From contig CAWIGG010000004.1 of assembly GCA_963835575.1 (NCBI GenBank), forward strand, positions 32,001-96,000: DNA of 64,000 nucleotides. The letters run 5' to 3'. A program made the position numbers and the translations under genes. Shown here piece by piece: positions 29,284-40,123 of this stretch (positions are counted from its first letter, which is position 1; each line of letters begins with the position of its first letter). Below the pieces are notes generated by a model. The model ran no database searches. It had not been told where the DNA came from and worked only from the letters and a program-made list of their open reading frames with translations. This DNA is from an uncultured Spirochaetota bacterium (GTDB lineage Bacteria > Spirochaetota > Brevinematia > Brevinematales > JAOACQ01).

Positions 29284-29778
29284 TTATTCAATTACTTCTT
29301 TCTTAATAAATGACCTTTCATCAAAGTCCAGCATCTTTTTAATATCAAGGATCAAATAAAGGCTCTCCTCGATTTTTACAAAACCCTGTACCAGCGCTTT
29401 ATCTATTCCTGTTTTTCCCATTCTTTCCGAATTCTGGATCTGCCCGGCTTCTATTGAAAAAACCTTGTCCAGAGCGTCAACGGCAAAAGCCACAAGCACG
29501 CCTTCAATATTTATGATGATCAGCTTCTTTGTTTTCCGGCTTTCTTTCTGCCAATTGTCTTCCTCTGCTTTTTCCAGAAATTCATCCTTCAAACCCAGTT
29601 TTTTCCGTATGGAAATAACCGGAATAACCATGCCTCTCAAGTTCATCAGCCCTTCAACAAAAAAAGGAGCGTTCGGCAGGGTTGTTATATTTTCTTCCCT
29701 CACCACTTCTTTGATATCCAATACATCAATACAATACTTATTACTGGCTATTTCAAAACTGACATATTGTTTTTCCAT
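29284..29778 (-). CDS. cheW: Chemotaxis protein CheW
   Basis: YVSF...IKEVV...LPNAPFFVEGLMNLRGMVIPVI. Confidence 0.92.
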   Translation of the reverse strand: MEKQYVSFEIASNKYCIDVLDIKEVVREENITTLPNAPFFVEGLMNLRGMVIPVISIRKKLGLKDEFLEKAEEDNWQKESRKTKKLIIINIEGVLVAFAVDALDKVFSIEAGQIQNSERMGKTGIDKALVQGFVKIEESLYLILDIKKMLDFDERSFIKKEVIE

Positions 29779-29808
29779 ATCCGCTCCGCTGAATGGGAAT
29801 GAATTCTA

Positions 29809-31252
29809 TTATTGGCGATAAAAATTAATATCAATAAAGCTGTTCCATCCATAGGCTTTTTCACCGCTGTCCGGATATCCATACAAATAGATGTCCTTTA
29901 CGCCGATGAGCAAATCCTTATCAATCTGAACTCCAGTCTTAACCTGATTAAAGAGGCTCTGGACATCCAGTGTAAAATAAAAACCGACTGATTTCTCCTC
30001 TTGTGCCGTTTTGAAAAAAGACGGCAGCCTTTCCAGAGAGCCGTTTTTGTTATCATAGATATTTTTCACCAGGTTTGTCAAAACATCTTTATCGGTGGAA
30101 AAATAGAGATCGTTCTCAATAACGCCGTAATATATGGAATAATTTGTTGTTTTGTAATGATAAAAAGGCTTCGCGAATAAATCAAAAGTATAAATCTGAT
30201 TGTCCGTCTGAAGTATGGCATTTTTAACCGAATCCATAAAAAGGTCCGCGGTTTTCGGGTCTTTTATTCCTATAGAGCCGTAAAGCACATATTCATTTTT
30301 TGACGAATCGAATTTATCTATCACAATTTTCAGCCGGCCGTCCGAATTATTGACCAGATCCCTTTCAAGATTTACTTTATATTTATTTAAGAGTTCGCTG
30401 ACAAGACTTTTTTATCCCGAGTATATTGATGCTGTCAATATAATTATAATATTTATACAGCATCGGCATATTCATATAAATCTGGCCGACAAGGGCCGGG
30501 TTTCCCCATGTATAATCCAGCATATTATATTTTTCTGAGGCGGCCACATCCCGGAGATTCTGCATATAAAGCGTCTGGTTGGATGAAATAATACCGGCGT
30601 AACACTTCACCGAAATATTCTGCTCGGCAGGATCAATAATAAGCGCTGTAAATCCATAGGGAAGTTTAATATTTGCCGTAACGCCGATCGAAGAAGAAAC
30701 TCCGCTTAAATATTTGCTTTCCATCCATACAAAATTTCTATCCCAGTTAAACCCCAGTTTTTTCGCCGAAATCTGAAACCCCTCATTATTTTCCAGACTC
30801 TCTCCCGCAATAAAGCTCAATGCGGATTTATTCTCGGAAAAGGCGACATAATTCCCGAAAAACTGGTAAGGGACCGAATCCTTCAAATTATTCTTTATAA
30901 AAACCCCCAGTTCTTTTTTTGATTTGACCGGGATAAGCAAATAACCGGTATCATTTGAAATATGGACAAAACTGAGCGGGCTCTTTATATCAACACCGGC
31001 TTTTTCAAGGCTTTTTAAGTCGAACACATCAATTCCGTATGAACTTCTGGAATCCGCGCTCATTTGAAGGAGCATCTGATCATAATTCTTTGAATAAAAC
31101 CGTTTCATCAGGCTTTTTGTTGTATTAATGAGCGATTCCACAGAAGGAACATAGATCATAAATTCACAGGACCGGATATACTTCTGAATTTCAGATGAAT
31201 AGAATAATTGGAATTGAAAAATCAGAAGAAGCAATATCAAGAGCCGTTTCAC
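29809..31252 (-). pseudogene. Hypothetical exported protein interrupted by a 1-nt frameshift in an A6 run (joins ORFs 30383-31252 and 29809-30324)
   Basis: Removing one T from 30408-30413 gives the continuous frame ...LGIKSLVSELLNKYKVNLERDLVNNSDGRLKIVIDKF... Confidence 0.7.
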
Positions 31253-31788
31253 ATGATCACCTCATTATTGTTATAGACATCTCTTTCAATAAATTTGCTG
31301 GAAAAAACATTGTTTATGACTTTAGATTTCAGATTGACTGTATCGGAAAGATCAAACTTATCGGCTTTAACCATATCCTGCAGGACATCAATGCTTCTAT
31401 TATTTTCAAGAGCCATTCTGACCGCGTCAACAGTTGACATCCTGATGCTTTTCTGGAAAAAACCCATACTGACTATGCATTCGGCCGAATCAGCTGAATT
31501 AACCTTTTTAAGTATGCGGATCTTTTTAATTCTTAATCCCAGCTGATCAAACAGTCTTTTCGTGTTTTCAGCTTTTAAGAACAAATTGGCAAAAACGTTC
31601 TCATCAAACACATTGCCTATTGTCAGAAATACGCTTTCATCTTTTATGTTCTTGCCTTTTGCTTTCAGGATAAGAAAATACCTGTCTGTCTGAGCCTCAA
31701 AAAAAAGCTTGTCTATATTCATTGCCTGCCATTTTCTTTTGCTTTTACCGAAAAAGGAATTAAAAGCTTTTACCAATCTTTTGATCAT
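31249..31788 (-). CDS. Hypothetical protein, divergent DUF151 (bifunctional nuclease)-like
   Basis: LILK...LTIG...LGLRIKKIRI...STVDAVRMAL resembles the PSDAIALAL motif. Confidence 0.5.
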   Translation of the reverse strand: MIKRLVKAFNSFFGKSKRKWQAMNIDKLFFEAQTDRYFLILKAKGKNIKDESVFLTIGNVFDENVFANLFLKAENTKRLFDQLGLRIKKIRILKKVNSADSAECIVSMGFFQKSIRMSTVDAVRMALENNRSIDVLQDMVKADKFDLSDTVNLKSKVINNVFSSKFIERDVYNNNEVIM

Positions 31789-32011
31789 AAAACCAACCTA
31801 TCTAATTATATATATCCGCTACTATAATTTAATGACATATTCAAAAAAAATCAAATTATTCCTTGGGCTGAATCTGGAATGCCGGCTGATTTTTTCCGCA
31901 ATATTAAAATATTCTATTGCTGTTTTTTTTAATAAACCATGCTCCGCTATAATTTTGACAAAATGACTGAATGCCATTAGAATTCTTTCGCGAGTGCTAA
32001 AGGGGTTAAAA

Positions 32012-32749
32012 GTGGAAACAAAAAATAAACGCGGTATAGCGCTGAATCTTTTCATATTAGTTCTTATCCTGGCCATAATTGTATTCGTTTCAATAAAATA
32101 TGCCCCTGAAATCACAAGGCTATTGAGCACACCGGAAAAATTCAGGGAATTTATTTTGTCTTTCGGCCCTTTGAGCGTTTTAATATTCATGTTATTCCAG
32201 GTGCTTCAGGTCGTTATTGCCGTAATTCCGGGCGAGATTGTGCAGATAATGGGCGGGTATATCTTCGGAACCTTTTTTGGTACAGTCTATTCAATCATAG
32301 GAATAGCCGCAGGTTCTATTATTGCCTTTTTTATAGCCAGGCTGCTCGGATTTAACCTGGTAAGAAAGCTGGTCCCGGAAAAGGATTTAAAGAAATTTGA
32401 TTTTTTAATTAACAATCCGTTATCCGAAATTATAATATTTTTCCTGTTTCTCATACCGGGCATTCCAAAGGATACCCTCGTATACATTGCGGGTCTGACG
32501 CCGATTTCGCCGCTCAAGTTTCTTGTTGTAAGCGCTCTGGCCCGCCTGCCGGCCCAGATCGGATCGTCTTACATCGGCGCGCATATTCAGGAAAAAGATT
32601 ATATTCCCGTAATTGTGGTCTCGGTTACCGCCTGCCTTCTGTTTGTCATAGGATTTCTCTATAAGGACCGTTTCATCAAACTGATCCACGAGAAATATTC
32701 CCGAAGGGACGTTAAACCGGATGGGAAAAGTGATCAAAACTTGTCCTAA
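32012..32749 (+). CDS. TVP38/TMEM64 (VTT/DedA superfamily) membrane protein
   Basis: LQVVIAVIPGE, GGYIFG, FLIPGIPKD..YIAGLT. Confidence 0.9.
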   Translation: METKNKRGIALNLFILVLILAIIVFVSIKYAPEITRLLSTPEKFREFILSFGPLSVLIFMLFQVLQVVIAVIPGEIVQIMGGYIFGTFFGTVYSIIGIAAGSIIAFFIARLLGFNLVRKLVPEKDLKKFDFLINNPLSEIIIFFLFLIPGIPKDTLVYIAGLTPISPLKFLVVSALARLPAQIGSSYIGAHIQEKDYIPVIVVSVTACLLFVIGFLYKDRFIKLIHEKYSRRDVKPDGKSDQNLS

Positions 32750-32779
32750 ATTTCCTTCAATTTCAGATATTTTTAAAAT

Positions 32780-34534
32780 CTACCCTTTTGATAGCATTTT
32801 TTTCAAATCGAACTTATTCTGCGTCAATTCCAATAATAATTGGAAACCAAAGCCAATGTAAATAGCCACAATCATATGCAGCTGTGAAAAATACTGTTTT
32901 TGCGTTGCAACTGTAAAAGGGTCCACCTGGAAATTAATGAACTTGATCAGCATCAGGTAAGAAATAACGAAAGCGGCAATCGTGTAAATTGTCCAGATCT
33001 TATCCCGTATAAAGAAAAAGATAAGTCCGGCCAAGGCAAAAACAATACCCGGCCAATCAAATTGATTGACCGTTACATTAAACATGGTAAGAATCTGGCC
33101 GCCAAGATTGATATATTCATTACCCCCGCCGCCGCCGTACTGTTTACGGAACATATGGTTAAAAAGGATATCCAGCGTCTGAGTATCGCCCCAGCTTAAG
33201 GGCTTCGGGTCGGGCAGAGGAGCGAGGGCCACGGCCCTGACCATAAGATATAGGTATAGCGTCATCGCGAAAATAAACATCCATCCGCTGTATGTCAGTA
33301 TTTCGATCATTTTATCCGCCAGCCCGTAATCCACTTCCGATTTTTTTATAACAGAATCGAAAATCCCGAAGAAGAATACAACAACAATGGCTAATGCGGC
33401 GAGGATGATAATTATAGGGTCGATTTGCGTTTGCTGCATCATTCCCTGTTGAAGCCCTGTATTATCTGCCGTAGTGAAACCGAATAAATATTGATTGGTT
33501 TGAGGAACAGTTTGATTGTTATTTACAAAAATGGAAAATGCTATAAAAGCCGCTATACCAATTACTACGGATATTCCATAAACGACTCCGGCTGTGCTGA
33601 TCCCAAAAGATTTTTTAACTTTTACAAGAACCGTATAAAGGGTAATATAAGCGGGCACAAGAAAGATGCCGATCAGAATAAGAGGCAGATGGAGCGGATA
33701 AATAAGCCTGATAGCAAACAAATATACATAGAGCAAAATAATGCTCGTGATAAACAGAATTCCAAGAATGATAAGCCCCGGAATTCTGGCGGCGAACTCT
33801 TTTTTAAATTGTTTCGTCCCGTCCTGCACAATAATAAAAATGGTAAAAGGCAGCATAACAATGAAAAATGCGGCAATAAACCACAAAGGAAGCATATGAT
33901 CAGTAAGAGAAAGTCCCATGATGAAACCGAGCAGGATAGTCATCCTTTCCGCAAAATGGATTTTTGCCTCATTCCTGAAATACATCATTTCTTCATACCA
34001 GAGCACCATGACAAAAAGCATCGCCGCGACCAAAAGTACGTTCAAGGAATAAAATTTTCCGCTCGCTGAGGATTGCTGCCAGAAATCATAGGAAAAAGCG
34101 AAAATGAAAGCCGCCGCGACGGCCGGCAGATGAACCGAAAGCGATATTTTGCCTTTGTCCCGGTTGAAGCCCAGCAGCTTAACCAGAACAAGGTATAACA
34201 TAAAAATGGCAAAAGCGCCGCTGAAAGCCACATAAAGGTTCACACGGTGCGCAATATCACCCAGCGGAATAAAGGTAAAAACCTTGCCCAATATACCGTA
34301 AAGCGGGTATCCCGGAGGATGACAGGCGCCCATCTGGTATATTTCAGTTGTCAGTTCGCCGCTATCCCCGGCGATAACACCCGGCGCCATCGTCCTTATG
34401 TAAACAATAAGGACTATCAATGTGATGACGGAAGCGATGATAAGATCAAACCACTTGATCCTGTAAGGCATGAAGCCTTTAGGATAGATCCCCTGAAATA
34501 TTTTACTTTCTTTTATTTCGTTTGCATCATTCAT
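32780..34534 (-). CDS. DUF2723/TMEM260-like GT-C glycosyltransferase, N-terminal membrane part
   Basis: GDSGEL, HPPGYPLY, RVN, FWQQS, GLSLTDH, WGD, IYIGFG; many TM helices. Confidence 0.85.
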   Translation of the reverse strand: MNDANEIKESKIFQGIYPKGFMPYRIKWFDLIIASVITLIVLIVYIRTMAPGVIAGDSGELTTEIYQMGACHPPGYPLYGILGKVFTFIPLGDIAHRVNLYVAFSGAFAIFMLYLVLVKLLGFNRDKGKISLSVHLPAVAAAFIFAFSYDFWQQSSASGKFYSLNVLLVAAMLFVMVLWYEEMMYFRNEAKIHFAERMTILLGFIMGLSLTDHMLPLWFIAAFFIVMLPFTIFIIVQDGTKQFKKEFAARIPGLIILGILFITSIILLYVYLFAIRLIYPLHLPLILIGIFLVPAYITLYTVLVKVKKSFGISTAGVVYGISVVIGIAAFIAFSIFVNNNQTVPQTNQYLFGFTTADNTGLQQGMMQQTQIDPIIIILAALAIVVVFFFGIFDSVIKKSEVDYGLADKMIEILTYSGWMFIFAMTLYLYLMVRAVALAPLPDPKPLSWGDTQTLDILFNHMFRKQYGGGGGNEYINLGGQILTMFNVTVNQFDWPGIVFALAGLIFFFIRDKIWTIYTIAAFVISYLMLIKFINFQVDPFTVATQKQYFSQLHMIVAIYIGFGFQLLLELTQNKFDLKKMLSKG

Positions 34535-34661
34535 AACAACAACCTTTTTACCCCGCAGAATTATTATTCAAATATTTTATTTTGAAAACTGAAATATCGC
34601 AATAAATAAACTAATTTCAAGAATATATTTTCAAGCGGGGCCTTTATGTGATTCCTCTTAA

Positions 34662-34690
34662 TTGACAAATCTTTTTCTTTATAATAGAAT
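34662..34690 (+). promoter_or_regulatory. Sigma70 promoter
   Basis: TTGACA-17 bp-TAGAAT. Confidence 0.65.
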
Positions 34691-34717
34691 GGTTTACATT
34701 GAAACAAAAGAGGTTAA

Positions 34718-35872
34718 ATGATTAAAATGAGCCGATTTATTCTACTTTTATTATTTTTTTCAATTCCGTATTTTGCTCATACCGTTATCATTGAATATAA
34801 ATGGCCGCCGACAGCTCCCGAATATCATATTATCATCGCGACAAATCTGTCTTTTTATTTCCCGGTTGTTGATGATACGGTCAGCGCTACAAACTACATT
34901 ATCGATCTTGAACCGGGACGCTATTACTTAAAAATCGCCCCGGTATTAAAAGGCATAGAGGGGCTTTTCTCAGAACCAGTGGCTTTTTCCGTTGCTCAGA
35001 GCGATTTAAACGGCAGAGGCAGACTGACAAATGTTTATCCTCCCCAATCGACGGAAGAAGAACTTGAATCGCAGACAAATCTATTAAAATGGAACTGCGT
35101 CATTAAGACAAACAGCCTGATTAATTTAAACTCAAGCCTCTATTATGCTGTCGACACTCCTAAAGAATTCAAAAAAGCAAACGGCCTGCAGGTAAAAGTC
35201 GATACAACTCAAATGGAAGAAGGATACCATACTCTCTATTATAAGCTTGTTAACCCGCTGGGGCTGGAAGGAAAGATTTCTTCGGTGAAATTCCTTGTTG
35301 AACACACCCCTCCGGAACTTCAAATCCTGCCGGACCAATATAAAGAATACGGCGATAAAACCTACCTTTACCCCGGCAGTCATATCCTGTTTGTATGCCA
35401 GGACAAATGGGGGTTTTCAAGAAGCTACTTCGGCGTGAACAGCAGACCGGTTAAAGGCAATTCATATACAGTATCACGTGAAACAAACACGCTCAAGACC
35501 ATCAGCTTTGCTTTGAATAGTATTAATAGCGAAAACCGCCTTGTTAAAACATTTTCTGTTGATATTGATCCTCCGCAGATCATCCTTTTTTTAAATAAGA
35601 AAGAGGTCACTGGGGCCATGGGTTCAATGGGCGATAGTATAATTACAATGAAAATAACCGATAATACCAGAGTGTATCAATATTATACGGTTCTGGACGG
35701 AAAAATGAGCAAAAATATTCCTCTTTCCATAAAATATCTGAAAAAAGGCCCTCATCTTCTGAAAGTCGGAGCGGAGGATATTTTTGAAAACAGTATAGAA
35801 AAGTCATTCAGGATCGAAATAACGGAAGACCAGGCGCTCACCAGGTGGCTGGTTTATCCTGTTAAGGAATAA
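34718..35872 (+). CDS. Exported protein with FN3/Ig-like domains
   Basis: Signal peptide; LEPGRYY, EGYHTLYY, D..PP and GPHLLKV.AED Ig-like motifs. Confidence 0.65.
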   Translation: MIKMSRFILLLLFFSIPYFAHTVIIEYKWPPTAPEYHIIIATNLSFYFPVVDDTVSATNYIIDLEPGRYYLKIAPVLKGIEGLFSEPVAFSVAQSDLNGRGRLTNVYPPQSTEEELESQTNLLKWNCVIKTNSLINLNSSLYYAVDTPKEFKKANGLQVKVDTTQMEEGYHTLYYKLVNPLGLEGKISSVKFLVEHTPPELQILPDQYKEYGDKTYLYPGSHILFVCQDKWGFSRSYFGVNSRPVKGNSYTVSRETNTLKTISFALNSINSENRLVKTFSVDIDPPQIILFLNKKEVTGAMGSMGDSIITMKITDNTRVYQYYTVLDGKMSKNIPLSIKYLKKGPHLLKVGAEDIFENSIEKSFRIEITEDQALTRWLVYPVKE

Positions 35873-35875
35873 AAT

Positions 35876-36598
35876 ATGAAGAAAAAGGAAAATATTTTCC
35901 CCTGGATCATTTTATTAACATTAGCGGCAGTTATCTGGATTCTCATCAATATTCATATTATTTTTCTTTCGTCCGGCAGGACAATAGTCAGCGTAAAACC
36001 CGGAGGAAAACAGGCATCCAGTATTTCCAGCGCCGGGGGTTTAGTCACACCGGGCGGCACCCTGCAGATCCCGGAAGGAAAAGTATTATTCGGCAGAACA
36101 GCTTATCTGCCGAATTCACTTAAAATATTCATATTTAACAGTTCCAACTGGATCAAACTGGAACCCGGTCAGCCTGTTTTTGAAAAAGATCAGATAAAGA
36201 CATCCCCGTCTTCCCAGGTTGATATTAAAATGAATGACCTGAATAAAATCCGCATCCTGGAAAATACTGAAATTGAGCTTATATCTTCATCCTCAAATAA
36301 AGAAAAAAACAGCGGCCCTCAGATAAAAATCATTTCAGGTAAAGTCAAGGCCGCATCGTCCCTTGAAGTTACAGTTGATAACGGACTGCACGTTTACGGA
36401 AATTCGGTTTTCACAGTTGAAAAGAAAGACAAAATAACAAGAATAACCGTATACAGAGGCAGCGCCGAGGTCAGTTCGGGAGGAAAATCGGTCCTTGTGA
36501 AAAGAAACCAGGGGACTTTAGCCGAATCCGGGAAAGCGCCTGAAGAGCCCTTTAATCTTCCTTCCGCACCCCGGCAGATCAAGCTCAGTACTCATTGA
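35876..36598 (+). CDS. FecR-domain protein
   Basis: N-terminal TM; W..L.PG.....D.IKT...S.VDI...IRILENTEI, ITVYRG.AEV. Confidence 0.75.
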   Translation: MKKKENIFPWIILLTLAAVIWILINIHIIFLSSGRTIVSVKPGGKQASSISSAGGLVTPGGTLQIPEGKVLFGRTAYLPNSLKIFIFNSSNWIKLEPGQPVFEKDQIKTSPSSQVDIKMNDLNKIRILENTEIELISSSSNKEKNSGPQIKIISGKVKAASSLEVTVDNGLHVYGNSVFTVEKKDKITRITVYRGSAEVSSGGKSVLVKRNQGTLAESGKAPEEPFNLPSAPRQIKLSTH

Positions 36599-36679
36599 GA
36601 TACGGATAAAACTAAATAATTTACTTTTTTAAGTAAGAAATTTATAATTTTTCTTAATTCATAGATAAGGACAATCAAA

Positions 36680-37948
36680 TTGGAACAAATAAAAAAAACG
36701 GCATCTCTGGAAAAAATCTGCTCTGTTTTGCTGTTGATTTCTTTTTCCTTCAGTCTTTTTGCAACACCTTTTTTATTTTTCCTCTTCTGCGCCATGATCC
36801 TTTTTATCTTCAATTTACTCAGAAATAAAAATCCGCTGTCCCTGCCTCTAAGCGCCCATGAAATACTTCTCTTTATTTTCATGTTTTTTCTTATGATATC
36901 CTCATTGTTTTCCAAAAATCCCATAGGAGCATGGCAGGGATTCGGGGTATTCAGCTTCTACATCCTCATTTATTTTTATTTTAAAATCATGCCGCTTAAA
37001 AGAAAACAATTTGAAACCATCATTTACTGTATTTGCGGCTGTGTTTTATTGAGCTGCGGTTTTGCCCTTTTCCAATACTTTATCATCAGGGGAGACATCG
37101 ATGTCAGTCTCTTCGGGCATAAATATTTTACAATATACCGCGTCATACCCTGGGTTGAACACAAACCTCTGATCTCTATTTTTGATCATCCGGCGCGGGC
37201 AGGAAATCTTATATCCATTTTATTTGCCGTTATTTTACCCTATCTTGTTTTAAATTTTAAATCGATTAAATGGCCCGTAAAAACCGTGCTGATTTCGGCT
37301 CTTTTCATGTCTTTATTGGCTATTTACCTCATGCATAACAGGGAAGCGATTTTATCAGTCATAGCCGCGTCCCTTATCTGCGCCGTTCTGCCCAGGAAAT
37401 ACATCGCGTTATCCGTTATCGTCATCATGGCCGTTTTTTTCATCGCTTTCAAGAGCGATAAGCTCATTTCCACTCTTCAAAACCCGCTGGAATCGCCGAA
37501 TGTCCGGCCCCGCGTCATGCAATACGAGGCGGGTTTGTCAATATATTCAAAACATAATCTTTTATTGGGAATAGGGCTTCTTAATTTTGAGACCGAATTT
37601 AAAAACAACTATTCCAACCGGTCCGGGTATGATGATGTGGCCTATATCCATAATAATTATCTCGCTTTGCTGGTGGAAACCGGGATCCTCGGGATAATCG
37701 CTTTTTACGGCTTTGTTTTGATGTTCATTATCTCTCTTATAAAAAACAGGGGCAAAAGCTGGAATACAGTTACTCTTTCAACGATTTCAGTCATGGCAGG
37801 CTTTTTGATCAGCTCCATTTTTGACGCCATACTCTATGTTGTCCCGGTCGGCGCATTCTTCTGGATCATAACCGGGCTTTCCCAGAACAGGACGGCTTTG
37901 ACAGAACAAGAGAATAATTCTATAATTATCAGTTCAACAAAGGATTAA
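36680..37948 (+). CDS. O-antigen ligase (Wzy_C) family membrane protein
   Basis: Multiple TM helices, R...Y, LLGIG, HNNYL..LVETGILG. Confidence 0.85.
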   Translation: MEQIKKTASLEKICSVLLLISFSFSLFATPFLFFLFCAMILFIFNLLRNKNPLSLPLSAHEILLFIFMFFLMISSLFSKNPIGAWQGFGVFSFYILIYFYFKIMPLKRKQFETIIYCICGCVLLSCGFALFQYFIIRGDIDVSLFGHKYFTIYRVIPWVEHKPLISIFDHPARAGNLISILFAVILPYLVLNFKSIKWPVKTVLISALFMSLLAIYLMHNREAILSVIAASLICAVLPRKYIALSVIVIMAVFFIAFKSDKLISTLQNPLESPNVRPRVMQYEAGLSIYSKHNLLLGIGLLNFETEFKNNYSNRSGYDDVAYIHNNYLALLVETGILGIIAFYGFVLMFIISLIKNRGKSWNTVTLSTISVMAGFLISSIFDAILYVVPVGAFFWIITGLSQNRTALTEQENNSIIISSTKD

Positions 37949-37961
37949 TAAAGAGGTTTTG

Positions 37962-38873
37962 ATGCCCCTGAAGGTTTCAATAGTCATGCCTGTTTACAAC
38001 CGCGGCTTTATGCTGAAGCAGGTCATAGAAAGCCTGCTCGGCCAGACATACAAAAAAATCGAATTCATCCTGGTGGACGACGGCTCGACCGATAACACGG
38101 CGGATGTGATTAAAAGCTTTCCGCAGGTCAGATATGTGTACCGGCCGAACGGAGGCTGCGCCGCGGCCCGCAATACCGGCATCAAAAACGCTTCGGGCGA
38201 TATCGTTCTTTTTATCGACAGCGATGTCATCTGCCCCGCCGATCTGGCCGGAACGCATGCCGCCTGCCATGAAAAAGACCCCTGCATTATTGTCCAGGGC
38301 CAGCTGGTGCGCATTGTCCGGCTTGAAGACGCCTGTAAAGTCCCTTTTTCCATGATCCATTACTCCCGCTCTTTTTTCGACACCGCGAACGTGTCGGTCA
38401 GGCTGGAGCACCTTAAAAAAGTCGGCGGTTTCGATGAAATAACCTTCCGGAAGGGATGGGAAGACCTCGATATCGGCCTGCGGCTTCTTGATTCAGGGCT
38501 TAAGGTCAGGCGCCTGGTGAAGAAAGCCTATGTCTGGCATTACGAGGGCGATTATTCCCGCGAGGCCGTCATGGAATTTTTTAAGGACCGGTACAATGAG
38601 GGACAGCAGGCGGTCCTGTTTTACAGGAAACACCCGACCTTTGCAATCAAACAGATGGTGATGGCCACCGGCTTCTTTTTCCTTCTCAGCCGGCTGTTAT
38701 TCAGCGAATCCTATCTCAAGTCCGCTGAATTTTATAATAAGATAAAAAATCTTATCGGCAAGGGCCGGATAAACAAGGCCATAGCCCTGACCCGCTATAA
38801 CGGCTATTGCTTTTATATGAAGGGCTTGAAGGATAAAATCAGGCAGGACGGCTACCTGCTGAAAAAGAGGTGA
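37962..38873 (+). CDS. Glycosyltransferase family 2
   Basis: SIVMPVYN, VDDGSTD, ARNTG, FIDSD, GGFDE, WEDLD. Confidence 0.92.
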   Translation: MPLKVSIVMPVYNRGFMLKQVIESLLGQTYKKIEFILVDDGSTDNTADVIKSFPQVRYVYRPNGGCAAARNTGIKNASGDIVLFIDSDVICPADLAGTHAACHEKDPCIIVQGQLVRIVRLEDACKVPFSMIHYSRSFFDTANVSVRLEHLKKVGGFDEITFRKGWEDLDIGLRLLDSGLKVRRLVKKAYVWHYEGDYSREAVMEFFKDRYNEGQQAVLFYRKHPTFAIKQMVMATGFFFLLSRLLFSESYLKSAEFYNKIKNLIGKGRINKAIALTRYNGYCFYMKGLKDKIRQDGYLLKKR

Positions 38874-38877
38874 ACTT

Positions 38878-39288
38878 ATGAAGAATTCCTCATGGGATAC
38901 AGGCTCATACCAGGACCGCCAGGACCATATCAGGGACCTGAAAATCGGGCCGGAATTGGAAGTCATCGAGAATATCTATAAAGACAGGGATTATCTAGTT
39001 GAATTGAAAACAGACGAGCTCACCACTGTCTGTCCCAAAACAGGGCTTCCGGATTTTGCCAGGCTTGTCATTCAATATATTCCCGGTCAGTATCTTGTGG
39101 AAGAAAAGTCATTCAAACTCTATCTGACCGCCTACCGGTCTCTGGGCATCTTCCAGGAAAACGCGGTCAACAAAATACTCGATGATTTTGCCGGAAAAGT
39201 TAAACCCCGGTGGATTAAAATTATAACCGACTGGAACAACCGCGGCGGCATCGAGGTCCATGTCGAGGCGGAACGGGGAAAGAAATAA
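38878..39288 (+). CDS. queF: NADPH-dependent 7-cyano-7-deazaguanine reductase
   Basis: ELTTVCPKTGLPDFA, VEEKSFKLYL, FQE, RGGI. Confidence 0.93.
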   Translation: MKNSSWDTGSYQDRQDHIRDLKIGPELEVIENIYKDRDYLVELKTDELTTVCPKTGLPDFARLVIQYIPGQYLVEEKSFKLYLTAYRSLGIFQENAVNKILDDFAGKVKPRWIKIITDWNNRGGIEVHVEAERGKK

Positions 39289-39292
39289 AAAA

Positions 39293-39329
39293 CGGCAATC
39301 AACAGCCCTTTCAGGCTTATCGATTGCCG
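39293..39329. terminator. Hairpin between convergent genes
   Basis: CGGCAATC...GATTGCCG stem. Confidence 0.5.
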
Positions 39330-39348
39330 CGTATTAAGCTGTTTATTT

Positions 39349-39891
39349 TTATTTTTTCTTGATCTCGATCAAAGTTTTGATCACTTCATTTACTTTTAAG
39401 GCAGTTTGACCCGTTATCACTTTAAGGGTATAATTGCCTTTTGTTATTGTATTTGTAATAGACTTGCCGATATTGTTCTCCTTTCCAGCCGGCGAAATCA
39501 TTGAACTCTGAGAAACTTCCATCCCGGACCATCCGCAATACAAATCAAAATATGCATCCTCCCCGTTATCGCCCTTTACCCAGAACAGTTTGCCCGGTTT
39601 CCCCTCATTAACGGTAACAGTTATCAAATAATTATTATTTGAAGGGTTAGAAAATGCGTCTTCAAGTATATATATACCCGAATAATCCCCGGCATCAATT
39701 TCGTAATATGTATTCAAATAAGCAGGGTCGGGAAGGACATTATATAAATCGCCGGTAAAAGATAGAGTCAAAGCATCACTAGGTTTAGAAAACGAAATAT
39801 ATGCTTTTCCCGGATCTCCAGGCGCTCCCATACAGCCGGTCATTACGGCCAAAACAGCAATAAGGACAAAGGCTTTCAATAAACTTTTCAT
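39349..39891 (-). CDS. Hypothetical lipoprotein
   Basis: Lipobox MTGC; AAGGGGG SD. Confidence 0.7.
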   Translation of the reverse strand: MKSLLKAFVLIAVLAVMTGCMGAPGDPGKAYISFSKPSDALTLSFTGDLYNVLPDPAYLNTYYEIDAGDYSGIYILEDAFSNPSNNNYLITVTVNEGKPGKLFWVKGDNGEDAYFDLYCGWSGMEVSQSSMISPAGKENNIGKSITNTITKGNYTLKVITGQTALKVNEVIKTLIEIKKK

Positions 39892-40082
39892 AAAATACCC
39901 CCTTGCAAAAAAATTATAATATACGATACCTCTAAATTTTAGTTTTTTAAAGCCATAACGGATATATTTTTAAAATTAAGCGGACACAGTATCACATATT
40001 ATAATACCCCATCCCGCCTTCTGTTTTGTAATTTTTCATAAATATTATTTTAATCGGGTTTCTTTACCGCGGCTTTTATTTA

Positions 40083-40119
40083 AGACCAGTCCCAAAAACG
40101 TAATTTTCGGGACTGGCCT
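40083..40119. repeat. Inverted repeat (REP-like/terminator) after the 40124-41947 gene
   Basis: CCAGTCCC-AAAA...TTTT-GGGACTGG imperfect stem. Confidence 0.55.
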
Positions 40120-40123
40120 CTAT

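Noticed and set aside
33491..34069. 192-aa plus-strand ORF and similar antisense ORFs (e.g. 18720-19217, 20399-20926)
   Set aside because: Shadow ORFs opposite well-supported genes, with no motifs or SD
38878..39288. queF as part of a 7-deazaguanine DNA-modification (dpd) system
   Set aside because: No dpdA or other dpd genes nearby; consistent with ordinary queuosine synthesis
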